The position numbers and the translations under genes were made by a program. From Nemertoderma westbladi (lineage: Eukaryota > Animalia > Xenacoelomorpha): a stretch of 64,000 bases of DNA. The notes beneath the pieces were generated by a model that was not told the origin of the DNA, did no database searches, and was given only the letters and a program-made list of their open reading frames with translations. Shown in pieces: positions 15,674-27,578 of this stretch; the first letter of the stretch is position 1; each line of letters begins with the position of its first letter. The stretch is taken from positions 25,271 through 89,270 of the forward strand of contig JAUCBJ010007689.1 of NCBI GenBank assembly GCA_032718475.1, in the 5' to 3' direction.

Positions 15674-15787
15674 TTTTACCTGAGCCGCTAGCTGAATGGT
15701 TAGAGCGTCAGACTTCCAACCCGGGGGTCATCAGTTCGATCCCACCTGGACGTCATTGCCGACTTTACAAAAGCTGTGCCCAACAAA
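15674..15787 (+). pseudogene. tRNA(Gly-TCC-like)-derived sequence, right arm of an inverted pair
   Basis: GCCGCTAGCTGAATGGTTAGAGCG...GACTTCCAACC...GTTCGATCC has A and B boxes, but the T and anticodon stems are broken. It is a close reverse complement of 15401-15513. Confidence 0.7.
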
Positions 15788-16706
15788 TATGTTATAACAA
15801 AATAGTAAGGCATCATGGTCTAAATTAAATAATCTATTAAAGTTAACTTGACAACTTCTCTAAAGTAAAGACTTTTACACAGTTTTACATAGCATGCAAG
15901 ACCTTAAACCAGCAGAGTTAATAGAGTTTCTAATAAAACTAAAAGTATTTATCTATTAACTTGGGTAAGTGTAGCATTAGAGATACCTAACAGCGAGGGG
16001 TTGCTCACTTTTTGTCAATCATTAATCTCATATATCTGCGATGCTCGCAATTTTTTGCTATTCAATAAATTATATAAACCGAGGCGAGGCGCTTTAGTTC
16101 GAATCGCAAGCTTAATTCCTTACCAGCTGCAGCTGTCGCGATCAATGGCTTTTCTTCCCGTCGGAAATCTGAAATTAATTACCAGCCCATTCCAATACAT
16201 TTTAATACCCTCCCCCCATCCACATCCATTATTCAATGCGCCTCTCAAGTTGGCTTGGTCGCAGAAAATATAATTGTTTTTCTGATAAGAACTTAATGTT
16301 TTTCATGACTGCGATGCGATGTGAGGATCAGGGGAGCTCTTTGTCATTCATTGCCATTCATTCAACGAACCTCGGCACCGAGTCGTGCATGAATCGCTCC
16401 AGTACGTTGGTGCTCGAGGCTGAACAGGATGAGAAGAAGTCGTTAGACACACATGTTAGGATAGAAGTGACAGCTCGTTGCTGCAACTTCTGTTTTGCGT
16501 CCTCGTACGATAGAGTTTTAGCAACACAAACTTCCAGACTTCTTTGCTACGCTTCGTAGCTACCTACCTGCGAAGTCCACCAACAGTGATGGAATGTGTT
16601 CGGAAGCCAATATATTTACGTACTGTAAATACAGGGAATCATCACCCACAAGACACAGCAACCTCAGCGTTGAGAGAGGCTCAACCTCTAGTGAACCTTC
16701 ATTAGC

Positions 16707-17827
16707 AGAACGATGGCCCAACCCCCTTCAGTGATCCAGTAGAACGATGGCCCAACCCCACTTCAGTGATCCAGTAGAACGATGGCCCAACCCCCTTCAG
16801 TGATCCAGTAGAACGATGGTCCAACCCCCTTCAGTGATCCAGTAGAACGATGGCCCAATCCCCTTCAGTGATCCAGTAGAACGATGGCCCAATCCCCTTC
16901 AGTGATCCAGTAGAACGATGGCCCAATCCCCTTCAGTGATCCAGTAGAACGATGGCCCAACCCCCTTCAGTGATCCAGTAGAACGATGGCCCAACCCCCT
17001 TCAGTGATCCAGTAGAACGATGGCCCAACCCCCTTCAGTGATCCAGTAGAACGATGGCCCAACACCCTTCAGTGATCCAGTAGAACGAAGGCCCAACCCC
17101 CTTCAGTGATCCAGTAGAACGATGGCCCAACCCCCTTCAGTGATCCAGTAGAACGATGGCCCAACCCTCTTCAGTGATCCAGTAGAACGATGGCCCAACC
17201 CCCTTCAGTGATCCAGTAGAACGATGGCCCAACCCCCTTCAGTGATCCAGTAGAACGATGGCCCAACCCCCTTCAGTGATCCAGTAGAACGATGGCCCAA
17301 CCCCCTTCAGTGATCCAGTAGAACGATGGCCCAACCCCCTTCAGTGATCCAGTAGAACGATGGCCCAACCCCCTTCAGTGATCCAGTAGAACGATGGCCC
17401 AACCCCTTCAGTGATCCAGTAGAACGATGGCCCAACCCCTTCAGTGATCCAGTAGAACGATGGCCCAACCCTCTTCAGTGATCCAGTAGAACGATGGCCC
17501 AACCCCCTTCAGTGATCCAGTAGAACGATAGCCCAACCCCCTTCAGTGATCCAGTAGAACGATGGCCCAACCCCCTTCAGTGATCCAGTAGAACGATGGC
17601 CCAACCCCTTCAGTGATCCAGTAGAACGATGGCCCAATCCCCTTCAGTGATCAAGTAGAACGATGGCCCAACCCCCTTCAGTGATCCAGTAGAACGATGG
17701 CCCAACCCCCTTCAGTGATCCAGTAAAACGATGGCCCAACCCCCTTCAGTGATCCAGTAGAACGATGGCCCAACCCCCTTCAGTGATCCAGTAGAACGAT
17801 GGCCCAACCCCCTTCAGTGATCCAGTA
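16707..17827. repeat. 34-bp minisatellite (~33 near-identical units)
   Basis: AGAACGATGGCCCAACCCCCTTCAGTGATCCAGT is repeated head-to-tail with no spacers. Confidence 0.97.
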
Positions 17828-17874
17828 TACATTTTATTTTTAGGTCCGCGTAGCGAGACCTAGAGTATTCAATC

Positions 17875-17914
<40 letters not shown>

Positions 17915-17923
17915 GGTGGTGTT
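17875..17923. repeat. (GTT)n microsatellite, possibly within a short HINE-like element starting at ~17838
   Basis: A pure GTT run preceded by the hairpin TAGGTC-CGCGTAGCGA-GACCTA. Confidence 0.85.
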
Positions 17924-18104
17924 AATTTCCAGATAGGTTTTGGTATTAAAGCTTTGTACGGCCCCAGTAGCTCAGTTGGCAGAGCATGGGTGAATTATTT
18001 TTGTTGTAAGATTGGTAGTTAGCCATTCAAGAAGAAAGTTCATGCGTTAGTAGACGTGGACCGAACTTGTTATACTAGGTAATTTGCTGTACATTATTAT
18101 TTAG

Positions 18105-18260
18105 GTAAACTTGGTGAAGTCAATGAAACAGCAAGGGAGCGACGCTATACGTACCCACCAGAATCTAAAGCGCGAAGCTGCTTTGAGCAAACGAGTCAAA
18201 GATGACGCTGCTATGGATAAACTACGGCAAGTCAGAATAAACCTGGAAAATCTTTCAATG
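18105..18260 (+). CDS. Internal coding exon (phase 0/0, 52 codons) of an unidentified helical/coiled-coil-like host protein
   Basis: Acceptor ATTATTTAG|GTAAAC and donor ATG|GTAAGT flank a 156-nt open frame, VNLVKSMKQQGSDAIRTHQNLKREAALSKRVKDDAAMDKLRQVRINLENLSM. Its phase fits the exon at 41135. Confidence 0.7.
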
Positions 18261-19066
18261 GTAAGTTTGGTAGGAGAGATGAGGAGATTCTCAACTGTTA
18301 AAAGTTATGTCGTGATAAACTTTTTTGTATCGCATTTGTATTCCAAACTTTAAGCACCTTATACCTTGCTTATATTAACTTACACTTTAAATGATCAACT
18401 TACTGTGTTACATATTGCATTTCTATGTCTAGGCCCACCAGTTAAACGGTAAAGTAGGCAACCCAAGTAGGCTCCTCTCTCTTGGCTATTACCCATAAGG
18501 CTCCAGTGAGCCACACCAATCACGATAACTTCACTATCTAACCATTTTATTTACCCCCCCCCCCCCCCCTTTTCTTTTTTAAAGTGCTAACTTAAAGTGC
18601 TAACCAAACCTGCCAAATGAATTCTAAAGCCATGATTGGTCCAAATTTGCTTTCAGTTTGGCTGTTAGCACTTTAAAGTTTTTGCAAACTCGGACATGTG
18701 TATGTGTAAATTGCGATGCGCCCCCTAGCGTTTCATGTGTGCATCACTATATTGGCTGAATCTTCTGTAGTGCTAACTTTGTGTGTAAATGTTAGCAGTA
18801 TAACATTTTGATAGTAAAGTTAATATAGTGCTAACTGCACTGTGTAAATATTAGCAGTATAATATTTTAAAAGTAAATTGAATATACTGTAGTGCTAACC
18901 TAGTATGAAAATGATGGCAATCATAATGAACTAATTGATTGCTTTTTATGAGACGTAATAATCTCGTCGAGTTAGCACTTTATAATTTCTACCATCGCAA
19001 AATATTCAACACAAACACACCTTCCAATGGTTTGTAAATCAGACAGCATAAAGTATAGCAATGCTT

Positions 19067-19607
19067 TGCCGTGCAATATAAAAAGACCGCAAGTCACAAA
19101 AAGTCATTTCCAGTAAAACGCAAATTACTGTTTGCTTTCAGATTGTTGGTTTAATATGTCAGTAAATTACTAATTTTTTATAACCCTACGCAATTTGGGG
19201 CGGAAAATTTTTCTACGTGATTACTGTAGTTTTCACTTTCCATTAATATTTTGACTTCAGGGTAATTATTTGTACTTACGGTATTTTTGCATTATACAAC
19301 CTGTATGTAAATACATATTTCAAGACACATTTCAATAAAACCGTATGTGCGTTTTCTTATTATCTATGCAATGACAAAACACCGCAAGTCTTGTGACTTA
19401 GGTTTTTTTGCATAAATTTAAGTGATTTACGGTTGTAACATATACTGTACATCTGTTGTGAATTACGGCCTTTCTACATTGCATATCTCGAGAACTAGAT
19501 TAGATACGGCGTTCTCGATTATAACATTAGATAGAGCGCATTTTTTAGACCCAGAAAAAGTGAATTTTGGAAAAATGCGACTTACGGTCTTTTTACATTG
19601 CACGGCA
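19067..19607. mobile_element. MITE-like non-autonomous TIR element (~540 bp)
   Basis: TGCCGTGCAATATAAAAAGACCGCAAGTC at the left end and GACTTACGGTCTTTTTACATTGCACGGCA at the right end, with internal partial copies of the TIR motif. No clear TSD. Confidence 0.75.
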
Positions 19608-21001
19608 TAATAGGACTTTTGATACGCCGCTGACCATTCTCATTGGCTCGCATATGAAAATATGAAAATTCCTCTTCTCTCCATTCTGCTTTCATCTCCC
19701 CATGGAAGTCTTTAGGGATCGATCATCGATCTATAGGGATTGTCCACCTCACAACTTAGCAATGGTGCTATCGCTTGGCTGGTTGGCATTGACTGCTGCC
19801 ACCCATTAAGTGATTGCAACAACACATAATTACCTTTACATAATATTTAAAGATAAATCAAATGTCTCTAACGATTAACGAATGTTTCCGCTTGGTTGCA
19901 ATTATGGATGAGGCATTTCAAAGGATTGGGTGGACACAGCTAATTGACTTCCTTAGAAAACACTATCCTTCCTCTGTAAACTACAATACCGCCGCCGTTT
20001 TAAATCGGTGCACGCCCTAATCATCAATTGGAGCAGTTGGAGGAAAGGAGATCCGTCCAGGAGCATTTTAATTCATTTTCTTAAATATCTATTATAGATA
20101 GGTAGTACAGCATACGTAATACAATCTAGTAGATAGTACGTACTGTAGGTAGTTACAGCACAATCAGAATAGAAAATACATAATTATAATTAATATAGAA
20201 TTCATATATAATTAATATAGACAGGACAAAGACAATATGAAAGAGCATAATGTGGTGAAGTTTAATATATCGTCTAGTTCCTGCGATAAACCCGGAATGT
20301 AACTGATATTTAATCTTTCGCTACAAATTTAACTGAAAAAGTTGCAATTCGAATTAGGATGCCATGAAATTAAATTATTGCACATTCTATTACTTAAATA
20401 AGTTAGGTTATTAAGTGAACATTTATTTAAAGTACGTTTTAAATTTATACCTGTAGTTGACCTACAATCGAAAATACAGGAATTACCTAAAAAACGCACA
20501 GATGGCTTATTACAAATGAGAATAATTAACACAAAATTTTACAAACCTAGATTTAATCAGAGAAAAAGGGTGGGAAAATTGATAATATTTTCAACAATAA
20601 ACATGTGTGTCGTACGAGGTAGACTCCAAACAATTCGTAGATTTATATTCCACGAAGTCATTAACCGAATACATTCTTTAGACCAAAAATCCCATAAAGG
20701 ACTGTCATAAAAGGTAATACAGTATACTGTAGTACTGTATGTACAGTATATACAGTACGTTGTGGTATATAGAGAGGACTCTCTCTACATTGCAGACTCG
20801 CTTACTTGTTCGGACTCGTTATCTGCGGATAATTAACTGTCCTGACAGACAATAAAGCGCTAACAAGGCCTATCTGAAATAATGCATGCACATTGCACAT
20901 TGCCAAAGCGATATATTTTTAGCTGTTAACCGTAGTCAGTTTGTTGTGATTGTGCATCATTTTGTTCCTGTAAAATTAAAAATTACCATTTAATTGGAAA
21001 A

Positions 21002-22000
21002 ATGTTAAAAGGTAAAGTAGCTATTGTTACTGGAGCTTCGCGTGGTATCGGGAAAGGGATTGCGGTACAGCTGGGCGCGGCAGGGGCGACGGTATATGTA
21101 ACCGGACGAACATTAAACCCGCGTGATGATAAACCTGGAATATCCTTAGTCGAAGTCGCGCGAGAGATCGAAGACGCAGGGGGTGTGGGAGTGCCGGTGC
21201 AATGCGACCACAAGAACGAGGGCGAAATAAAGGCAGTGTTCGATCGAGTTAGTTCGGAACAAGAGGGACGACTGGACGTTCTCGTTAACAACTGCTACCA
21301 GGCAGTCGATGTGCTGGAACAATCTGTCAAAAATAACTTCTGGGAAATAGATCCGGGTATCTTTGAGGTGACCAACAACGTCGGTCTCAAGGCCCATTAC
21401 GTCGCTTCTGTTTACGCCGCTCGCATGATGGTACCGCGGAAACGAGGACTCATATTGAACATCTCGTCTCTAGGAAGCCAAGGTTATGCGTTCACTCCCT
21501 CGTACGGGATAGGTAAATGTGCTGTGGATCGAATGGCCATTGATTGCGGGTTGGAACTGCGACAACACAAAGTTGCATTTGTTGTTCTCAGTCCGGGACC
21601 TGTGCTAACGGAAACTTTCACGAAACTTGTAGCCAACATCCGTCTTCAGTTAGAAACGGACGCGGAACTCGTATCCAAATCCGATTTAGAATTTTACAAC
21701 CTTTTTAAAGACGGGGAATCATGTCAGTACGTCGGACAATGCGTCGCAAATTTGGCCGCCGAACCTAACATTATGAATAAAAGCTGCGGAACCTACCTAA
21801 CAGCGGAGGTTGGCATAGAGTACGGGTTGACGGACTGTAACGGGAGGCGGCCGATCAACCATCGCTCGCTGTCCGGAGCCCTACAGGAGTTGGGCTACAC
21901 TTGGTTAGCACGTTTAATACCCGGTTTTATTCCCATGCCCTGGTGGGCTATTCAGTGGGCTATGTACTCCCATTTCGTGGACAAACAAAAATCAACATGA
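21002..22000 (+). CDS. DHRS1: Short-chain dehydrogenase/reductase, DHRS1-like; single-exon CDS (332 aa)
   Basis: Rossmann motif TGASRGIGKGIA, then VYVTGR, QCDH, LDVLVNN, NNVGL, NISS and catalytic YGIGK followed by DRM, all typical of DHRS1-family SDRs. The ORF is intact from ATG to TGA, with ATTAAA ~30 nt downstream. Confidence 0.9.
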   Translation: MLKGKVAIVTGASRGIGKGIAVQLGAAGATVYVTGRTLNPRDDKPGISLVEVAREIEDAGGVGVPVQCDHKNEGEIKAVFDRVSSEQEGRLDVLVNNCYQAVDVLEQSVKNNFWEIDPGIFEVTNNVGLKAHYVASVYAARMMVPRKRGLILNISSLGSQGYAFTPSYGIGKCAVDRMAIDCGLELRQHKVAFVVLSPGPVLTETFTKLVANIRLQLETDAELVSKSDLEFYNLFKDGESCQYVGQCVANLAAEPNIMNKSCGTYLTAEVGIEYGLTDCNGRRPINHRSLSGALQELGYTWLARLIPGFIPMPWWAIQWAMYSHFVDKQKST

Positions 22001-22227
22001 TCCAGTACCATGTTATACAAATAGTTGATGATATTAAAAAGCTAAAATCAACGGTTTGCACTGTTTGAAATTTTTTTTCATAGCATTGTAGTTAGTGAAG
22101 GTTATTTAACTTAACAGGTGGTGGTTTAAATATTCATAATGTTGTTCTGTGTAATGCATGCAGTAATTTACAGTTTAATTTAAATGCAGTAATTTAAAGA
22201 TAAGTTTTTAATTCTAGTTGAGAGGGC

Positions 22228-23286
22228 TTAAACTACCGGTACTTAACTTCTTTAAAAAAATGTTTCTTCGCGTTTCCACGTTTCTTCCGAAAAGGACCCA
22301 GAAAAACTAAACATAACATACTACCTAAATAAGGATGATGTTTGAGCTTGACCCATGGAAGATTAGAGCCATTTAATATATTATTTACAGTTGGCGGATC
22401 CGCAGATTCCAGTTGGGTGCGGGTCGATTCGCATTCGCCCCTCGACCTATTCGCACCAAGTCTATTTGCCCCAGTAATATAATATACAGTATGTAATATA
22501 ATAATGAATAGGGTCTATACTATAACTAACTATCACTGTTCAAATATTTTTAGCTTATCTAGGTATCATTTTTTATCATTCTAATTCAAAAAATCGAATT
22601 ATAACACTCGGACTCGATAATATGTAACATAATTTACAAATTACAATTACGTGTACTATACAGCGTGACAGCTGTGTAGTATATTGCATACATAGTCTGA
22701 CAGTAGCCTAGACATGCTAGATAAATATTTAAAATGTTTTAAATATTTATGAGTAGGCTAGCTACATGCTGACATGTTTATTGTTCAATAAACATATCAG
22801 CATGTAGCCAGCAGCCTGCTCATAAATATTTAAAACAATAAACATGTCAGCATGTCATAAGTCATTTTACATATGCTGTTCTGCAGTTCTGTAATTATGC
22901 CCAACAGTTTATTGTTGCTCACATCAACTCACAATTGAATCATCAAATCCCTTGATCGTCATGCGGATGGGTTTTTCTAATAGTTTTGTACAAGCCATAA
23001 GCTGACAAGAATTAGTACCATATTAGTCCGACTCAGAACATATTAAATAATTTATAATTATATGTGGCGAATTGACTGCCATATGTTCCTAAAATCTGGG
23101 GCGAATAGGTCGAGGGGCGAATAGACTCGCACCCTTAAACTACCGGTACTTAAACTTGTTTAAAAAACCCAAAGGACCCAGAAAAACTAAACATAACATA
23201 CTACCTAAATAAAGATGATGTGACCCATGGAAGATTAGAGCCATTTAATATATTATTTACAGTTGGCGGATCCGCGGATTCCACTT
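22228..23286. repeat. Diverged direct duplication (22228-22414 and 23135-23286) bracketing the MITE
   Basis: TTAAACTACCGGTACTTAA...AAAGGACCCAGAAAAACTAAACATAAC...GGCGGATCCGC(A/G)GATTCCA is present on both sides. Confidence 0.9.
22415..23134. mobile_element. MITE with ~40-bp TIRs and an internal nested palindrome
   Basis: GGGTGCGGGTCGATTCGC..CCCTCGACCTATTCGC at the left end matches GCGAATAGGTCGAGGGGCGAATAGACTCGCACCC at the right end. A palindromic block lies at ~22730-22850. Confidence 0.8.
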
Positions 23287-24644
23287 ACGCGGTAAGGAGA
23301 TGCTAGCGATCATCCTTGGCAAACATTGACCAGTTTTATTCAAACATTAGTAAAAGTAATGAAGGTAGTGTTTTATTTAACATGCACTAAATCAGTATTC
23401 CTGATACAGCACTCCAGGCAGAATTATTTTGTAGGAGATGGACGGCTTGTCTTTTGTGAAGTTTATGCGGAAGCACACTTTCAGTTTTAACACAAAGCTG
23501 TCAATGTGATAATCTCATTATATCTGACTGGAATATTTTATGAACAATGTCATCTTAATTATCATTAACACATGCCTCATTGAATTCCTAAGTAACGAGA
23601 CACAATAGGGAAATCATTGCTAATTTTCAATTTTAACCCTTCAAATAATGGATATTTTGTTTTCTTTGAAATTAATTAGCTAAGGTGATTAAATCCTTTG
23701 TATTGGATAAATACTGAATATAGTCACGGAGTGTTAATGTAACGGCCCCTGGACAATTAAAAATGAGTTCGTTGGAAGTAATGCCTCTACTCCTGATAGC
23801 CTTGCTCTACTGACACCAAATGTATTGTTGGCTTGTGTAATTGTTTTGTTTGTGTGTTGTGTCTGTGTGAAGGGGCGAAGTTCGATTTTGTATGTTGATT
23901 GGTGGTGTTAAAATATTCTTAGCAATAATTGCACAACCAGTAGATTTTCCTATAAAAGTTTTCCAATATTTACAAAAAGATAATTAAGATTGGTGTTTGT
24001 ATTCAATAGTTGTATATGGAGTTTGGTAATCTTACGTTTCAATTATTATACCATAAAGAATAATATTATGCATAAACTGTCTGCGAGTCTGTCTGTCCAA
24101 GCTTGTTAAATCGACAAACGAGTACCAATTGGAGCTAATGATACATCTATCGAAGGCTCTCGTCCTCATCATGAGCACGTGAAACACCGCTACCTCAAGT
24201 CTAATTATATGTGTTGTGTGAATACGTATTTTGTGGTAAAGTTAGTCTATTTTGAGGTTGTTTTGGTCCAACAGATTAACTGGCAGCTGTTGTGGAAACA
24301 ATGAGTTGCACCATCAAACTCTCTTATTCTAGATGAAACTTTGCACTTATTTGCAAAAATGTAGGCCTACCATCCGGCCTCGGCCGACTGTTTGCTTGCT
24401 TGATAGGTTACACAGGAAGTATATTCCTATACTTACTTAATAGTACTTATATGACGAAAAATAATTAGTTGATAAAAAAAGTATATAAACGAACCATTTA
24501 CACTTAGCACAGATAATTTTGTTTTGAATCCATTTTTCGCCTTATATATCAAGTCGTTTCCTTATTATCACATGCATCAGAGAAACCTGGCAAATTTCAT
24601 TGGTGCCTTAGCCCACAGATATAAAGTACTAGTCCTATTAGTGG

Positions 24645-24946
24645 GTTGTTGTTGTTGTTGTTGGTGTTTGTCTTGTTGTTAGTGTTGTTGTTGGTGTTGT
24701 TGTTATTGTTGGTGTTGTTGTTGGTGGTGTTGTTGTTGGTGTTGTTGTTATTGTTGGTGGTGTTGTTGTTGTTGGTGTTGTTGTTGGTGTTGTTGTGGGT
24801 GTTGTTGTTGGTGTAGATGTTGGCGATGTTGCTGGTGTTGTTGTTGGTGTGGTTGTTGTGGGTGTTGTTGTTGGTGTTGTTCTTGGTGTTGGTGTTGTTC
24901 TTGGTGTTGGTGTTGTTGTCGGTGTTGGTGTTGTTGTTGGTGTTGT
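24645..24946. repeat. Imperfect (GTT/GGT)n trinucleotide microsatellite
   Basis: Low-complexity GTT/GGT run; it explains the poly-N/T, poly-Q/H and poly-L/V ORFs. Confidence 0.95.
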
Positions 24947-26254
24947 CTCCTAAGTGTCCTGTTGGACACAAGACCCGAATATGCGACTTTTTCCGCAAGA
25001 GATATATATGAACAATTGAGGTCTATTGGGCACCTTTTATTTGTTATTGCTTTGTATCTGAAGCAACTTCAATTTTTGTACTGTTAACATTGATTGCGGG
25101 GTTTTGAAAAAGCTATTGCTAATAAAATTTATCATTTTAGAATCTATTCACACAGCGCTGCCTAAAGAGTCTTTCACGTAAAATTCATCCAGTTTATATA
25201 TCAAAAATAATTCATTTATCCTATGTTCAGAAAGCAGATTTCTCAATCACTTCAAAAATACGAATTAATGTAGCACTGTAATGTTAAAAGCTGTTATAGA
25301 AAATTCCGTTTGTGAATTTTTGCGGCGGTGATCACCTTGTTAAAAATTCATGTAACTATAACGTCACATTATTGTACAAATTTAAACGGAAGTAAATTAG
25401 GAACCGAGAGGTTCATTACTGTAAGAATTGCTCGAGACTGGCTGGCTGACTGACTGACTGACTGACTGACTGACTGATCTACAGCCAAAACTACTCTAAC
25501 GATTTTGATGAAATTTTCACAGCGGCTAGATACCGCGATTCTAAGGTCCCTGGAATGTTCCGCTATTTTGTCCATGAGCCGTGGGCTCGAAAAATAGACA
25601 TAAACGAAAAAACGCCATAGGCGCAATGATAAAAACACCAGCTGGCACTCATGAAAAATGCATAGAGATGGCCTAGTAATGCTATTCTATAGGAATGGCC
25701 ACCTAACAAGTAAATGCTTTCTCTGCCAAGTATTATCCTCACTCTACAACTCAGACAGTAAGCAAACAAAAGCTGTGGGATTCTAATGTATTACATCATA
25801 AGCTGATTGCTCTCCCAATAGCCCTCACACACTCACTGAATCCAATGAAATCGAATATCTATTAGCTTAATGCGAATAGCTGGTAAGCTGAATGCCATTT
25901 TAGTTATTGTGTACTGTTGACTGCAGAGTTGACTGCTATGTTGTATGTATTTAATTAAAATAATTTTCGTAGAGGGAAGTTAATTTGGGATTACTTTCTA
26001 TCAGATGTAAGCAAAGCTGTTCAATGGGGTGGGTCATGGGACCCAAATATAGTACATTATGCATGGCAAACATTAATAAAATCATTCAGTCAACCTGGAG
26101 GGTATTTGCTTAGTTAACTCTACTGTGCGAAAAACGAATTTATAATGTTACCCATACTTCAGGTGAATGAATTTTTAGATATTTGTACTTCAGGCAAGGA
26201 TTTCTGATATAATTAAAATACAAGACAGGGGCTTGTTTCGATATATGTAGTCGC

Positions 26255-26600
26255 GCCCTTCTAGCAGCACGTGAGATAATCAAATAATAGACACGATGTT
26301 TGACTTTGTCCCTTCGAGCAGCACGTGAGTTTTGCTTTGACCCTTCGATATATGTATTTGCGCCCTTCGAGCAGCACGTGAATTACATCAAATAATAGAC
26401 ACATTGTTTGACTTTGACCCTTCGAGCAGCACGTGAGTTTTGCTTTGACCCTTCGATATATGTATTTGCGCCCTTCGAGCAGCACGTGAATTACATCAAA
26501 TAATAGACACATTGTTTGACTTTGACCCTTCGAGCAGCACGTGAGTTTTGCTTTGACCCTTTGATATATGTATTTGCGCCCTTTGAGCAGCACGGGGAGT
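26255..26600. repeat. 108-bp internal tandem repeat carrying CACGTG motifs (also at ~28420-28625 and ~31905-32250)
   Basis: CCCTTCGAGCAGCACGTGA sub-units; the spurious ORFs show 36-aa periodicity. Confidence 0.9.
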
Positions 26601-26609
26601 CGACTCAGA

Positions 26610-27100
26610 CCGAGCCGAGCCAAGCCGAGCCGAGCCGAGCCGAGCCGAGCCGAGCCGAGCCGAGCCGAGCCGAGCCGAGCCGAGCCGAGCCGAGCCGAGC
26701 CGAGCCGAGCCGAGCCGAGCCGAGCCGAGACGAGCTGAGCCGAGCCGAGCCGAGCCGAGCCGAGCCGAGCCGAGCCGAGCCGAGCCGAGCCGAGCCGAGC
26801 CGAGCCGAGCCGAGCCGAGCCGAGCCGAGCCGAGCCGAGCCGAGCCGAGCCGAGCCGAACCGAGCCGAGCCGAGCCGAGCCGAGCCGAGCCGAGCCGAGC
26901 CGAGCCGAGCCGAGCCCAGCCGAGCCGAGCCGAGCCGAGCCGAGCCGAGCCGAGCCGAGCCGAGCCGAGCCGAGCCCAGCCCAGCCGAGCCGAGCCCAGC
27001 CGAGCCGAACCGAGCCGAGCCGAACCGAACCGAACCGAACCGAGCCGAGCCGAGCCGAGCCGAGCCAAGCCGAGCCGAGCCGAGCCGAGCCGAGCCGAGC
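26610..27100. repeat. (CCGAG)n pentanucleotide microsatellite inside the HINE
   Basis: Near-perfect CCGAG run. A shorter perfect run is at 32261-32433 and a degenerate 5-bp-periodic version is at ~28635-29465. Confidence 0.97.
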
Positions 27101-27263
27101 CAATCAAGCCAAGTCGAACTTAATCGTGCCCAATCGTGCAAGACCGAGCCGAGCTCGTTGTCTCTTTTATTTGAAATAAAAAGTCGGTTCCTTATTGGGC
27201 CGAAAGGCCCGTCACTAGTACATTGTGGTCATAGAAATTTATGTTGTCGATACAGTAAAATAA

Positions 27264-27578
27264 TTAGCAAGTCGTAGGACTTGATTACTGTAAGAATTGT
27301 TGGCTGACTGGCTGGCTGGCTGACTGGCTGGCTGATCTACAGCCAAAACTACTCTAACGATTTTGATGAAATTTTCACAGCATCTAGATACCGCGATTCT
27401 AAGGTCCCTGGAATGATCGGCTACTCCGTCCATAGCCTCTGGGCTCGAAAAATAGAGATAAACGAAAAAACGCCATAGGCACAATGGTAAAATAACACCA
27501 ATGACAGCTTGTTGATGTAATTTACATTTGATTGATGACTTCCGACTTGCTTAACGGCGTCTTGACGCCGTCTCTAGT
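27264..27578 (+). mobile_element. Mini HINE (~315 bp) with the shared core but different, self-complementary termini
   Basis: 5' TTAGCAAGTCG with CAAGTC-GTAG-GACTTG hairpin, then the same microsatellite and core as its neighbours. The 3' end is CGACTTGCTTA, hairpin ACGGCGTC-TT-GACGCCGT and CTAGT. Confidence 0.85.

Larger units (their letters stand above)
25397..27219 (+). mobile_element. Non-autonomous Helentron/HINE (DINE-1-like) element, internal type A
   Basis: 5' TTAGGAACCGA subTIR with GAACC-GAGA-GGTTC hairpin, a (GACT)n microsatellite, a conserved core and internal tandem arrays. It ends in 3' subTIR TCGGTTCCTTA, hairpin GGGCC-GAAA-GGCCC and CTAGT. No TSD. Confidence 0.85.

Noticed and set aside
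15683-15755. Functional tRNA-Gly gene
   Set aside because: The acceptor, anticodon and T stems do not pair; only the promoter boxes are retained.
16707-17827. CRISPR-like array of 34-bp repeats
   Set aside because: The units are directly adjacent with no unique spacers, there are no cas genes, and the context is eukaryotic.
17961-17990. tRNA-like start GCCCCAGTAGCTCAGTTGGCAGAGCA
   Set aside because: Only an A-box/D-arm fragment, with no B box or 3' half.
24597-25011. Poly-Asn/Thr, poly-Gln/His and poly-Leu/Val ORFs
   Set aside because: Trinucleotide microsatellite with no supporting splice or coding context.
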